DNA of 64,000 nt from NCBI RefSeq assembly GCF_046105845.1, contig NZ_CP151004.1, one strand, 5' to 3'. Each line of letters begins with the position of its first letter. Position 1 is the first letter of the stretch. The notes below the pieces were generated by a model. That model saw only the letters and a list, made by a program, of their open reading frames with translations, did not search any database and was not told the DNA's origin. Positions 1 to 8,947 of this stretch are shown piece after piece. This DNA is from Escherichia coli (GTDB lineage: Bacteria; Pseudomonadota; Gammaproteobacteria; Enterobacterales; Enterobacteriaceae). The position numbers and the translations under genes are program-made.

Positions 1-27
1 ACCCGGCAGTTACGCCGGGTATAAAAA

Positions 28-774
28 TTACTGACGGTGGACATTCAGTCCGGCATAGCTTTGGGTAACCGGCATCATTTCCAGGGTATTGATATTGACG
101 TGAGCAGGCAGCGTTGACACCCACCAGACGGCTTCGCTGACATCTTCTGGCGTCAATGCAACGGTATTTTGATAGGTTTTTTCCGCTTTACCGTCATCGC
201 CTTTAAAGCGGACATTGGAAAACTCGGTGCCACCCACCAGACCCGGTTCGATGTCGGTGACGCGCACCGCCGTACCATGCAGGTCCGTACGCAGATTCAG
301 GCTAAACTGACGAACAAACGCTTTCGTCGCACCGTAAACGTTACCACCGGCATACGGCCAGCTACCTGCCGTTGAGCCAATGTTAATAATATGACCATGA
401 TTACGTTCAACCATACCCGGTAAGACGGCGCGCGTCATATATACCAGGCCTTTGTTGTTGGTATCAATCATCGTTTCCCAGTCTTCAACGCTGGCTTTAT
501 GCGCAGGCTCCATGCCCAACGCCAGGCCGGCATTATTTACCAGGATATCAATATTGCACCACTCGGCAGGAAGCGATGCCAGCATCTCTTCAATAGCGGC
601 GCGGTTGCGAACGTCCAGTTGGGCGATATACAGATTATCTCCCAGTTCGTCTTTTAACTCCTGCAACCGTTCCTGGCGACGGCCAGTGGCGATAACTTTA
701 TGCCCTTGTTGAATAAAACGACGAGTAATGCATTCACCAAAACCTGCCGTTGCTCCAGTTACTAAAACGATCAT
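28..774 (-). CDS. ydfG: NADP-dependent 3-hydroxy acid dehydrogenase (short-chain dehydrogenase)
   Basis: ORF 28..789; translation from MIVLVTGATAGFGECITRRF has the SDR Rossmann motif TGATAGFG and matches E. coli YdfG (248 aa). The track start is an upstream TTG; the ATG at 772-774 is preferred. Confidence 0.93.
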   Translation of the reverse strand: MIVLVTGATAGFGECITRRFIQQGHKVIATGRRQERLQELKDELGDNLYIAQLDVRNRAAIEEMLASLPAEWCNIDILVNNAGLALGMEPAHKASVEDWETMIDTNNKGLVYMTRAVLPGMVERNHGHIINIGSTAGSWPYAGGNVYGATKAFVRQFSLNLRTDLHGTAVRVTDIEPGLVGGTEFSNVRFKGDDGKAEKTYQNTVALTPEDVSEAVWWVSTLPAHVNINTLEMMPVTQSYAGLNVHRQ

Positions 775-910
775 CTCACTGTTCCTCAACGCTTTTGTGT
801 GTCAATAACATAGCACGTGATGCTTAAGAGCGGGTAATACTGGTTTGCAAGATTGCACTCCGTTATCAGTAAGCCTACGCTATGGAACACCTCGCGTTCA
901 GGAGAAGAAA

Positions 911-2956
911 ATGACAACAATGAATCCTTTCCTTGTGCAAAGCACACTGCCGTATTTGGCTCCCCATTTTGATCAAATTGCCAATCATCACTATCGCCCG
1001 GCATTCGATGAGGGAATGCTGCAAAAGCGGGCAGAAATTACTGCCATCGCGCTTAACCCGCAAACGCCTGATTTCAACAATACTATTCTGGCACTGGAAC
1101 AAAGCGGAGAATTACTTACCCGCGTTACCAGCGTCTTTTTTGCGATGACTGCGGCGCATACTAATGATGAATTACAGCGTCTTGATGAACAGTTTTCCGC
1201 TGAACTGGCGGAACTGGCTAATGATATCTATCTGAACGGTGAATTATTCGCGCGGGTAGATGCTGTCTGGCAACGCCGTGAATCCCTGGGACTTGATAGT
1301 GAATCCATCCGCCTGGTGGAGGTCATTCATCAACGTTTTGTCCTTGCCGGAGCCAAACTTGCACAAGCTGATAAAGCAAAATTAAAAGTACTGAATACAG
1401 AAGCTGCGACTCTGACCAGCCAGTTTAACCAGCGGTTACTGGCAGCAAATAAATCCGGCGGTCTGGTTGTGAACGATTTCGCGCAGCTGGCAGGAATGAG
1501 TGAGCAAGAGATTGCTCTGGCGGCAGAGGCGGCTCGCGAGAAAGGTCTGGATAACAAATGGCTGATTCCGTTGCTGAATACCACCCAGCAACCAGCGCTT
1601 GCTGAACTGCGCGATCGCGCGACGCGTGAAAAACTGTTCACTGCGGGCTGGACGCGAGCGGAAAAAAATGATGCCAATGATACCCGCGCTATCATTCAAC
1701 GTCTGGTGGAGATCCGCGCGCAGCAGGCGAAACTGCTTGGTTTCCCTCATTATGCCGCATGGAAAATCGCCGATCAGATGGCAAAAACGCCAGAAGCAGC
1801 ACTCAACTTTATGCGGGAAATTGTTCCAGCGGCGCGTCAACGTGCGAGCGATGAATTAGCCTCTATACAGGCGGTTATCGATAAGCAGCAGGGCGGGTTT
1901 AGCGCGCAGCCGTGGGACTGGGCATTTTATGCCGAGCAGGTAAGACGTGAGAAATTCGATCTCGATGAATCGCAGCTCAAGCCATATTTTGAATTAAACA
2001 CGGTGTTGAATGAAGGTGTATTCTGGACCGCGAATCAGCTCTTCGGTATTAAGTTTGTCGAACGTTTTGATATTCCTGTCTACCATCCTGACGTTCGTGT
2101 GTGGGAAATTTTTGATCATAATGGCGTGGGGCTGGCGTTATTTTACGGTGATTTCTTCGCCCGTGATTCAAAAAGCGGCGGTGCATGGATGGGCAATTTT
2201 GTTGAGCAATCAACGCTTAATGAAACGCACCCGGTAATTTATAACGTCTGCAATTATCAGAAACCCGCCGCTGGGGAGCCTGCGTTGTTACTCTGGGATG
2301 ATGTAATAACCTTATTCCATGAATTTGGTCATACGCTGCACGGCCTCTTTGCCCGCCAGCGTTATGCCACGCTTTCCGGCACCAACACGCCGCGTGATTT
2401 TGTCGAATTTCCGTCGCAAATCAACGAACACTGGGCAACGCATCCGCAGGTATTCGCTCGCTACGCCCGGCATTATCAGAGCGGGGCAGCAATGCCTGAC
2501 GAACTGCAACAGAAAATGCGTAATGCCAGCCTGTTCAATAAAGGGTATGAGATGAGCGAACTGCTTAGCGCCGCACTTCTCGATATGCGCTGGCATTGCC
2601 TGGAAGAAAACGAAGCAATGCAGGATGTCGATGATTTCGAATTGCGGGCGCTGGTGGCGGAAAATATGGATCTTCCCGCTATACCGCCACGCTATCGCAG
2701 CAGTTATTTCGCCCATATTTTTGGTGGCGGATATGCCGCAGGTTATTACGCTTATCTGTGGACACAAATGTTGGCCGATGATGGTTACCAGTGGTTTGTT
2801 GAGCAGGGCGGATTAACGCGTGAAAATGGGCTGCGTTTTCGCGAGGCGATCCTATCCAGAGGTAACAGCGAAGATCTGGAACGCCTGTATCGACAATGGC
2901 GCGGTAAGGCACCTCAGATTATGCCGATGCTGCAACATCGTGGCTTGAACATATAA
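911..2956 (+). CDS. dcp: Dipeptidyl carboxypeptidase II (M3 family zinc metallopeptidase)
   Basis: ORF 845..2956; the conserved protein starts MTTMNPFLVQSTLPYLAPHF at the ATG at 911, preceded by GGAGAAG. HEFGH zinc motif present (LFHEFGHTLHG). Confidence 0.95.
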   Translation: MTTMNPFLVQSTLPYLAPHFDQIANHHYRPAFDEGMLQKRAEITAIALNPQTPDFNNTILALEQSGELLTRVTSVFFAMTAAHTNDELQRLDEQFSAELAELANDIYLNGELFARVDAVWQRRESLGLDSESIRLVEVIHQRFVLAGAKLAQADKAKLKVLNTEAATLTSQFNQRLLAANKSGGLVVNDFAQLAGMSEQEIALAAEAAREKGLDNKWLIPLLNTTQQPALAELRDRATREKLFTAGWTRAEKNDANDTRAIIQRLVEIRAQQAKLLGFPHYAAWKIADQMAKTPEAALNFMREIVPAARQRASDELASIQAVIDKQQGGFSAQPWDWAFYAEQVRREKFDLDESQLKPYFELNTVLNEGVFWTANQLFGIKFVERFDIPVYHPDVRVWEIFDHNGVGLALFYGDFFARDSKSGGAWMGNFVEQSTLNETHPVIYNVCNYQKPAAGEPALLLWDDVITLFHEFGHTLHGLFARQRYATLSGTNTPRDFVEFPSQINEHWATHPQVFARYARHYQSGAAMPDELQQKMRNASLFNKGYEMSELLSAALLDMRWHCLEENEAMQDVDDFELRALVAENMDLPAIPPRYRSSYFAHIFGGGYAAGYYAYLWTQMLADDGYQWFVEQGGLTRENGLRFREAILSRGNSEDLERLYRQWRGKAPQIMPMLQHRGLNI

Positions 2957-2967
2957 ACACCACCAAT

Positions 2968-2997
2968 GGCTGGCCTGGAGAAATCGCCAGGCCAGCC
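2968..2997. terminator. Perfect 11-bp stem hairpin (ggctggcctgg / ccaggccagcc) between the dcp stop and the convergent ydeJ remnant; likely bidirectional terminator
   Basis: Inverted repeat read directly; no strong T-tract on either side. Coordinates approximate. Confidence 0.5.
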
Positions 2998-3000
2998 TGG

Positions 3001-3085
3001 TTAGAGCAGTAATTGCAGCAGCTGGGCGAGGGCAAACCTCACCGCTAATGCGAATGCCGTTTCGCAGTCGCCAGCAAAATTACTT
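3001..3085 (-). pseudogene. ydeJ: 3' remnant of ydeJ (CinA/PncC-like), only about 25 C-terminal codons retained
   Basis: Minus-strand translation ending at the stop at 3001-3003 reads ...NFAGDCETAFALAVRFALAQLLQLLL*, resembling a CinA/PncC C-terminus. No ORF of 60 aa or more continues upstream. K-12 has a full ydeJ between dcp and ydeI (from memory). Confidence 0.35.
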
Positions 3086-3320
3086 TTTTTGTATACCCTT
3101 CCGTTATAATAATTTTCAAATTTATAAATCTGATTGTTCTGAAATATGTTTAAGACTCTTTAATCTTCTTCTTACTTTAGTGAGTAAAATTCTCTGAATA
3201 TTTGACAGCTAGTTGCCTGATTTTAAATGCCTTATAACAATTGGCAGTATTCTTATTTGTCAATTATAAAAATAGCAACCAGACTTAATAAGTCAAACCA
3301 AACGCAATTAAGGAGTCAGT

Positions 3321-3713
3321 ATGAAATTTCAGGCCATTGTATTAGCAAGTTTTCTTGTCATGCCTTATGCGTTGGCAGATGACCAGGGCGGATTAAAACA
3401 GGATGCAGCGCCACCGCCGCCTCATGCAATAGAAGATGGCTATCGCGGAACCGATGATGCAAAAAAAATGACCGTTGATTTCGCAAAAAAAATGCACGAT
3501 GGCGCTTCGGTTTCACTACGCGGTAATTTGATTTCTCACAAAGGAGAGGACCGTTACGTTTTTCGCGATAAGAGCGGTGAAATTAATGTTGTTATTCCTG
3601 CGGCAGTCTTTGATGGACGAGAAGTTCAGCCGGACCAGCTGATCAACATTAGCGGTAGTCTGGATAAGAAAAGCGCTCCGGCCGTCGTTCGGGTCACTCA
3701 TTTGCAGAAATAA
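3321..3713 (+). CDS. ydeI: BOF/YgiW-family periplasmic OB-fold stress protein
   Basis: 130-aa ORF with signal peptide [25 protein letters not shown] Shine-Dalgarno 7 nt upstream; matches E. coli YdeI. Confidence 0.9.
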   Translation: MKFQAIVLASFLVMPYALADDQGGLKQDAAPPPPHAIEDGYRGTDDAKKMTVDFAKKMHDGASVSLRGNLISHKGEDRYVFRDKSGEINVVIPAAVFDGREVQPDQLINISGSLDKKSAPAVVRVTHLQK

Positions 3714-3967
3714 AAATAAATTAGCCTGATGGCCTGAACTACTGGGCCATTAGGTTATTGGGTTATGCTATTTATCATCCTTTTAATTGCGATAATGCAG
3801 GGTTAATTTACAGAATTAAACACTTTTTTATCTGCTGATTTTGTTTCAAATCACAATGTTATCTCAGAGATGACTCATAACTTAGGATTTCTATGAAAAT
3901 ATTGACGTAATTTTGCTTTTCTCTCGTTAGAATAGCGCGCACAAGGAACTGTGAAAAAGGAGTGGCA

Positions 3968-4858
3968 ATGATCAAGAAGACAACGGAAATTGATGCCATC
4001 TTGTTAAATCTCAATAAGGCTATCGATGCCCACTACCAGTGGCTGGTAAGTATGTTTCACAGCGTAGTCGCGAGAGATGCCAGTAAGCCAGAAATAACGG
4101 ATAACCATTCTTATGGACTGTGCCAGTTTGGTCGGTGGATTGATCATCTGGGGCCACTCGATAACGATGAATTACCTTACGTTCGGCTAATGGATTCTGC
4201 CCATCAACATATGCATAACTGTGGTCGGGAATTAATGCTGGCTATTGTTGAAAATCACTGGCAGGACGCGCATTTCGACGCCTTTCAGGAAGGGTTGCTT
4301 TCTTTTACTGCGGCATTAACCGATTACAAAATTTATTTGCTGACGATCCGTAGCAATATGGATGTTTTGACGGGATTGCCGGGTCGTCGGGTTCTTGATG
4401 AATCCTTTGATCATCAGTTACGCAACGCTGAGCCTCTGAATCTTTATTTAATGTTGTTGGATATTGACCGATTTAAATTGGTTAATGATACCTACGGGCA
4501 TTTAATCGGCGATGTAGTACTACGCACCCTGGCAACTTACTTAGCCAGTTGGACGCGTGATTACGAAACGGTTTATCGCTACGGGGGGGAAGAATTTATC
4601 ATTATTGTTAAAGCGGCTAATGATGAAGAAGCATGTCGTGCAGGTATCAGAATTTGCCAGTTAGTCGATAACCATGCCATCACACATTCTGAAGGGCATA
4701 TCAACATTACCGTGACTGCAGGTGTGAGTCGCGCATTTCCTGAAGAGCCTCTGGATGTGGTCATTGGAAGAGCGGACCGGGCAATGTATGAGGGTAAGCA
4801 AACCGGAAGAAATCGCTGTATGTTTATTGACGAACAAAATGTGATTAACCGAGTTTAA
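3968..4858 (+). CDS. dgcZ: Zinc-sensing diguanylate cyclase (CZB domain + GGDEF)
   Basis: ORF 3962..4858; conserved start MIKKTTEIDAILLNL at 3968; active-site motif RYGGEEF present; matches DgcZ/YdeH (296 aa). Confidence 0.93.
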   Translation: MIKKTTEIDAILLNLNKAIDAHYQWLVSMFHSVVARDASKPEITDNHSYGLCQFGRWIDHLGPLDNDELPYVRLMDSAHQHMHNCGRELMLAIVENHWQDAHFDAFQEGLLSFTAALTDYKIYLLTIRSNMDVLTGLPGRRVLDESFDHQLRNAEPLNLYLMLLDIDRFKLVNDTYGHLIGDVVLRTLATYLASWTRDYETVYRYGGEEFIIIVKAANDEEACRAGIRICQLVDNHAITHSEGHINITVTAGVSRAFPEEPLDVVIGRADRAMYEGKQTGRNRCMFIDEQNVINRV

Positions 4859-4862
4859 GCTC

Positions 4863-4879
4863 CGTTTAACATTCATTGA
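4863..4879 (+). promoter_or_regulatory. Candidate PhoP box (cGTTTA-N5-cATTGA) at the -35 position of the mgrR promoter
   Basis: Direct-repeat-like hexamers read from sequence, second half degenerate; mgrR is a known PhoPQ-activated sRNA. Coordinates approximate. Confidence 0.3.
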
Positions 4880-4904
4880 GAAAACTGATGCTACTGTGTC
4901 AACG

Positions 4905-5002
4905 ATCCGTTATCAGTGCAGGAAAATGCCTGTTAGCGTAAAAGCAAAACACAAATCTATCCATGCAAGCATTCACCGCCGGTTTACTGGCGGTTTTTTT
5001 TC
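4905..5002 (+). ncRNA. mgrR: MgrR small RNA (PhoP-regulated, Hfq-dependent), ending at an intrinsic terminator
   Basis: Position between dgcZ and mgtS as in K-12. 3' end set by the hairpin plus T8 run at about 4976-5001; 5' end is inferred from the expected ~98 nt length and was not read from a clear -10 element. Confidence 0.4.
4976..5001 (+). terminator. Rho-independent terminator (ccgcc...ggcgg stem followed by TTTTTTTT)
   Basis: GC stem followed by a run of 8 T read directly from sequence. Confidence 0.7.
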
Positions 5003-5009
5003 GCCGTCA

Positions 5010-5049
5010 TAAAAATCAGGCCCCTTGTACACAACTGTAACAAGGGGCC
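5010..5049 (-). terminator. Rho-independent terminator for mgtS (10-bp perfect stem ggccccttgt / acaaggggcc, U-rich tail on the minus strand)
   Basis: Perfect inverted repeat; minus-strand RNA continues UGAUUUUUAUG. Lies 28 nt downstream of the mgtS stop. Confidence 0.65.
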
Positions 5050-5076
5050 GGTTAGGTGAGGGATTATCTCCGTTCA

Positions 5077-5172
5077 TTAGTCATCCCATTTGTGGCTGAA
5101 ATACGCGGCCAGAAAACCAGAAAATAAAATTATTCCCAGTACGGCCATAAAAACATTCATATTACCCAGCAT
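5077..5172 (-). CDS. mgtS: Small membrane protein MgtS (31 aa), PhoP-regulated regulator of MgtA stability
   Basis: Minus-strand translation is MLGNMNVFMAVLGIILFSGFLAAYFSHKWDD*, matching MgtS/YneM as I recall it; GGAGG Shine-Dalgarno 8 nt upstream. Not in the ORF track because it is under 60 aa. Confidence 0.85.
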   Translation of the reverse strand: MLGNMNVFMAVLGIILFSGFLAAYFSHKWDD

Positions 5173-5298
5173 TATTTGCCTCCGTTTATGGTGTGGTGTG
5201 TTTCCTCGCTTACCTTAATTTTCATCTCAATGAGAAAGATATTAGCAGAGGTAACCTAAACGAAGGCTGAATTAAATCTTTATTGTGTTCGACTTAAA

Positions 5299-6486
5299 TC
5301 AACAAAGCGCGGGCTGCCCCCACGGTCTTGCACGAATTCCTTTTAACATCAGCACCCACGCAGCAATAATCACCAACGCTAAGATGATAAACAGCGAGGA
5401 AGGCGGCAGGTTGGTTAGCACTACGCCACTCACTAATGGGTTAATCGCGGCACCAAGCCAGCCTAAAGACTGGGCGGAAAAATAGCTGGCTTTCATTCCT
5501 GGCGGCGCAATATGGTCAATCAACATATACTCGCCCGGCGCATAAATGATTTCACCGACAGTAAATACCGCAGCTGACATACCCCACAATAGCAGGCTGT
5601 TGCCGGAAAAAATAAAACCGACCAGACCGATGACGAAACAGAGGGTGCCTGCTGTCATCAGCGTGCGGATGTTAGCCGGGTTAAGTCGCCGGCCCACGGA
5701 ATATTGCAACGTAACTACCATGGCAGCATTCACTGGAAGAACAACCGCGACCACCTTTTCGGCAAAATCCCCATCAGCAATCACCATCACATATTGTGAA
5801 ATGCATGAAGCAAATGCGCCGCTAACAAAAGAAGCCAGAAAGCCAGAGCAGGTAAACCACAACAGTGCTTTATCTTGTAATAAAACTTTCGGCGACCAGG
5901 CACTGGCTGTTTCCGTGGCGATGATTTTCTCGCTGCGCTTTACCCAAATTTGAATGAAAAGCATGGGAAACGCGGAACAGATAGCTGCCAGCCAAAAGGG
6001 CAGATTGATGCTCTGCATCACCAACAGCGTGCCGAGCGGCGGACCGATGGTCCAGCCAATGTTGAGCATGGTGTAGTTGATTGAGAAGATTTTCGTTTTG
6101 CTGGTGGACGAAAGATTGTCGGCAAACCAGGCTTTCAACACAGTAGCAAAAACGGAATAGGCGCAGTTAATGAGGGCAAAAAAGAGCACCACCAGCGTCA
6201 CGTTATTCACTAAAGGAATGGCAATAAAACCGCAGGCGAAGGCGGTAATTGCCAGTAACATATAGCGTTTCTTGTCGAACTTATCCGCCAGGATACCAAA
6301 ACCGAGGCTAAAAACGACGCCAATAGTGAGCGCAATTGTCATCGCATAACCGATTAGATCGACACTCAGGCTGTACTGGCGACTCAAGTAAATGGTCATA
6401 AACGGCAGCGTAGCGCCGCGTCCGATGGTTAATAACAACGACGAGGCAAGAAGGGCGCTGGTAGAGCGTCGTAGGGATAAGTTCAT
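5299..6486 (-). CDS. ydeE: MFS transporter (dipeptide/arabinose exporter family)
   Basis: 395-aa ORF, multi-TM MFS-like sequence from MNLSLRRSTSALLASSLLLTIG; matches YdeE. Confidence 0.92.
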   Translation of the reverse strand: MNLSLRRSTSALLASSLLLTIGRGATLPFMTIYLSRQYSLSVDLIGYAMTIALTIGVVFSLGFGILADKFDKKRYMLLAITAFACGFIAIPLVNNVTLVVLFFALINCAYSVFATVLKAWFADNLSSTSKTKIFSINYTMLNIGWTIGPPLGTLLVMQSINLPFWLAAICSAFPMLFIQIWVKRSEKIIATETASAWSPKVLLQDKALLWFTCSGFLASFVSGAFASCISQYVMVIADGDFAEKVVAVVLPVNAAMVVTLQYSVGRRLNPANIRTLMTAGTLCFVIGLVGFIFSGNSLLLWGMSAAVFTVGEIIYAPGEYMLIDHIAPPGMKASYFSAQSLGWLGAAINPLVSGVVLTNLPPSSLFIILALVIIAAWVLMLKGIRARPWGQPALC

Positions 6487-6680
6487 TTGTCTGTCCGGCA
6501 GTGCGTTTCGTTATGTTTTGTTTTAGAGATGTAAAGAAATAGCATGGCAAAAATCCGAAGTATAGCGACTTATTTGCGCATTAATGCCGTCGTAAAGGGT
6601 GACTAACGAATCAACTGTTAAAGAAAAGTAAATTCAGCTAAGTTGATTGCTTACAAAAGATGAAATTCAGAGGCGGTAGA

Positions 6681-7580
6681 ATGTCGCGAAAAGATGGGGT
6701 GTTGGCGCTACTGGTAGTGGTCGTATGGGGGCTAAATTTTGTGGTCATCAAAGTGGGGCTTCATAACATGCCACCGCTGATGCTGGCCGGTTTGCGCTTT
6801 ATGCTGGTTGCTTTTCCGGCTATCTTTTTTGTCGCACGACCGAAAGTACCACTGAATTTGCTGCTGGGGTATGGATTAACCATCAGTTTTGCGCAGTTTG
6901 CTTTTCTTTTTTGTGCCATTAACTTCGGTATGCCTGCTGGTCTGGCTTCGTTGGTGTTACAGGCACAGGCGTTTTTTACTATCGTGCTTGGCGCGTTTAC
7001 TTTCGGTGAGCGACTGCATGGCAAACAATTGGCGGGGATCGCCTTAGCGATTTTTGGCGTACTGGTGTTAATCGAAGATAGTCTGAACGGTCAGCATGTG
7101 GCGATGCTCGGCTTTATGTTGACCCTGGCGGCAGCATTTAGTTGGGCGTGTGGCAACATCTTCAATAAAAAGATCATGTCGCACTCAACGCGTCCGGCGG
7201 TGATGTCGCTGGTAATCTGGAGCGCATTAATCCCAATCATTCCCTTCTTTGTTGCCTCGCTGATTCTCGATGGTTCCGCAACCATGATTCACAGTCTGGT
7301 TACTATCGATATGACCACCATCTTGTCTCTGATGTATCTGGCGTTTGTGGCGACAATTGTTGGTTATGGGATCTGGGGGACGTTACTGGGACGCTATGAA
7401 ACCTGGCGGGTTGCACCGTTATCGTTACTGGTGCCCGTAGTAGGACTGGCAAGTGCGGCACTATTGTTGGATGAACGCTTAACGGGTCTACAATTTTTCG
7501 GGGCGGTGCTCATTATGACCGGGCTGTATATCAATGTATTTGGCTTGCGGTGGCGTAAAGCGGTAAAGGTTAGAGGCTAA
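6681..7580 (+). CDS. eamA: Cysteine/O-acetylserine exporter (DMT/EamA family)
   Basis: ORF 6660..7580; conserved start MSRKDGVLALLVVVVWGLNF at 6681 gives 299 aa as in EamA/YdeD. Confidence 0.93.
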   Translation: MSRKDGVLALLVVVVWGLNFVVIKVGLHNMPPLMLAGLRFMLVAFPAIFFVARPKVPLNLLLGYGLTISFAQFAFLFCAINFGMPAGLASLVLQAQAFFTIVLGAFTFGERLHGKQLAGIALAIFGVLVLIEDSLNGQHVAMLGFMLTLAAAFSWACGNIFNKKIMSHSTRPAVMSLVIWSALIPIIPFFVASLILDGSATMIHSLVTIDMTTILSLMYLAFVATIVGYGIWGTLLGRYETWRVAPLSLLVPVVGLASAALLLDERLTGLQFFGAVLIMTGLYINVFGLRWRKAVKVRG

Positions 7581-7585
7581 ACCAT

Positions 7586-7629
7586 ACGCACAGAATGTGA
7601 TGTCAGCACTCTGTGCGTCTGCTTTTATC
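7586..7629 (+). terminator. eamA terminator: 9-bp stem (acgcacaga / tctgtgcgt) followed by a T-rich tract
   Basis: Hairpin plus gcttttat; the T-tract overlaps the stop codon of the convergent GntR-family gene (7625-7627). Confidence 0.55.
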
Positions 7630-8323
7630 GCGGGAAAAAGTACTTTACCTGGAACTCGAAAATATTGCTGTAAAGTAACGAATAATCCAGCGGAATAGAG
7701 TTACTATCCACAGCCTGGGTCTGAATTTTAAGTATGGGATCCCGTGGGCTGATCCGTAAAATACTGGCGATTTCTGGGGTAGGAAAAGTAGGGGAGAAAG
7801 TTTCAAAGGTGCCAATGATTTTGATCCCGCATTCGTTCTCAATATACGAAAATTTGGATTTTTGCATATGTGCTACGGTTAAATCAGGAAAACGTGCCAC
7901 TGACATCCACGTTTCTTCTAATTGTGCTGCATTATCCTCAATGAATCGCAGTCTCTTTATGTAATAAACCTGCTCACCAGTCACTAAATTCAGCTCAGTC
8001 GCAATAGGGGGAGAAGCATCCTGCACTTCAAATTTCATAATCTGACTTCCTGCCTCCTTGCCGCTTTTATGCGCAATTTCACTGAAGCTGTTCATGTGAT
8101 CAATGTGTGCAACAAAATTCTTTTTTTGAATGTATGTTCCTGAACCATGCTTTCTATGAATAACTCCTTCGCCTTCCAGCAAGGATAATGCCTTACGCAG
8201 GGTATTACGCGAAACATTATAACGAACAGCGAGTTCAGCTTCTGACGGCAACAAATCACCAACATGCCATGAATAGCCATTGATCTCGGATTTAAGTAAG
8301 CGGGCAATCTTTTGAAAAATCAC
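7625..8323 (-). CDS. GntR/HutC-family transcriptional regulator (N-terminal wHTH + UTRA effector domain)
   Basis: 232 aa; the segment LPSEAELAVRYNVSRNTLRKALSLLEGEGVIHRKHGSGTYI is a typical GntR HTH. Divergent from the PTS operon. Absent from K-12 by synteny (from memory). Confidence 0.85.
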   Translation of the reverse strand: MIFQKIARLLKSEINGYSWHVGDLLPSEAELAVRYNVSRNTLRKALSLLEGEGVIHRKHGSGTYIQKKNFVAHIDHMNSFSEIAHKSGKEAGSQIMKFEVQDASPPIATELNLVTGEQVYYIKRLRFIEDNAAQLEETWMSVARFPDLTVAHMQKSKFSYIENECGIKIIGTFETFSPTFPTPEIASILRISPRDPILKIQTQAVDSNSIPLDYSLLYSNIFEFQVKYFFPR

Positions 8324-8437
8324 TTTTGCACCTTTTAAGAGCCATTGAAAACAAGGGGTTGAGTCCTGATTGGTTTATCGTATGGCCGAGTCGTTTAATT
8401 ATTACCCTGATGTTGAACAACTTTATTGCTGTATTAC

Positions 8438-8520
8438 TGTGATCAATGTACCAGGACGTATAGCTACTGCGGGATATGATATTTACACAATGTAATCTGT
8501 TATATACCAGTAAGGGAAAA
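8438..8520. promoter_or_regulatory. Divergent promoter region with a CRP-like site (TGTGAtcaatgTACCA, ~8438-8453) and a near-palindromic HutC-type operator candidate (CTGTTATATACCAG, ~8507-8520) just upstream of the EIIB start
   Basis: Motifs read from sequence. Compared with CRP consensus TGTGA-N6-TCACA and with HutC-family dre-like palindromes (tGGTATAtACCa); both assignments are inference. Confidence 0.3.
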
Positions 8521-8521
8521 T

Positions 8522-8833
8522 ATGAAAAAGATATTGTTAGTTTGCGCTGCGGGCATGTCAACCAGTATGCTGGTTAAACGTATGATTGATCATGCTAACG
8601 CTATTTCACTTGAAGTTAATATTTCCGCATTGGCGATTGCAGAGGCTAAAGGGAAAATTAAAAATAACGAAGTTGACGTTGTTTTACTTGGCCCGCAAGT
8701 TCGCTTTCAGAAACCAGAGATTGAAGCTGTTGCACAGGGGAAAATGCCTGTAGCTGTTATCGAGATGAAAGACTATGGCACCATGAACGGACAGGCAGTT
8801 CTTGAATTTGCGATGAAACTACTGCAAGAGTAA
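8522..8833 (+). CDS. PTS EIIB component, lactose/cellobiose family
   Basis: 103 aa; MKKILLVCAAGMSTSMLVKRM carries the phospho-cysteine motif typical of Lac/Cel-family IIB. Confidence 0.9.
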   Translation: MKKILLVCAAGMSTSMLVKRMIDHANAISLEVNISALAIAEAKGKIKNNEVDVVLLGPQVRFQKPEIEAVAQGKMPVAVIEMKDYGTMNGQAVLEFAMKLLQE

Positions 8834-8947
8834 GAATCTAATATTATTAAACTATTACCTGAACTAACTTTTCACACATCATAAAATGGATATGGCATAC
8901 ATGCTTTATTGGGATGTATAAATATCCAGAACAGCAGGTATAAAAAA

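Noticed and set aside
845-910. 22-codon N-terminal extension of the dcp ORF
   Set aside because: The conserved Dcp N-terminus starts at MTTMNPF (911) with a Shine-Dalgarno directly upstream.
5546-5953. 135-aa plus-strand ORF antisense to ydeE
   Set aside because: Fully embedded in the MFS transporter gene on the opposite strand; low-complexity translation.
8292-8561. 89-aa minus-strand ORF spanning the GntR–EIIB divergent promoter
   Set aside because: Overlaps the start of the EIIB gene and the regulator's 5' end; most likely promoter DNA rather than coding.
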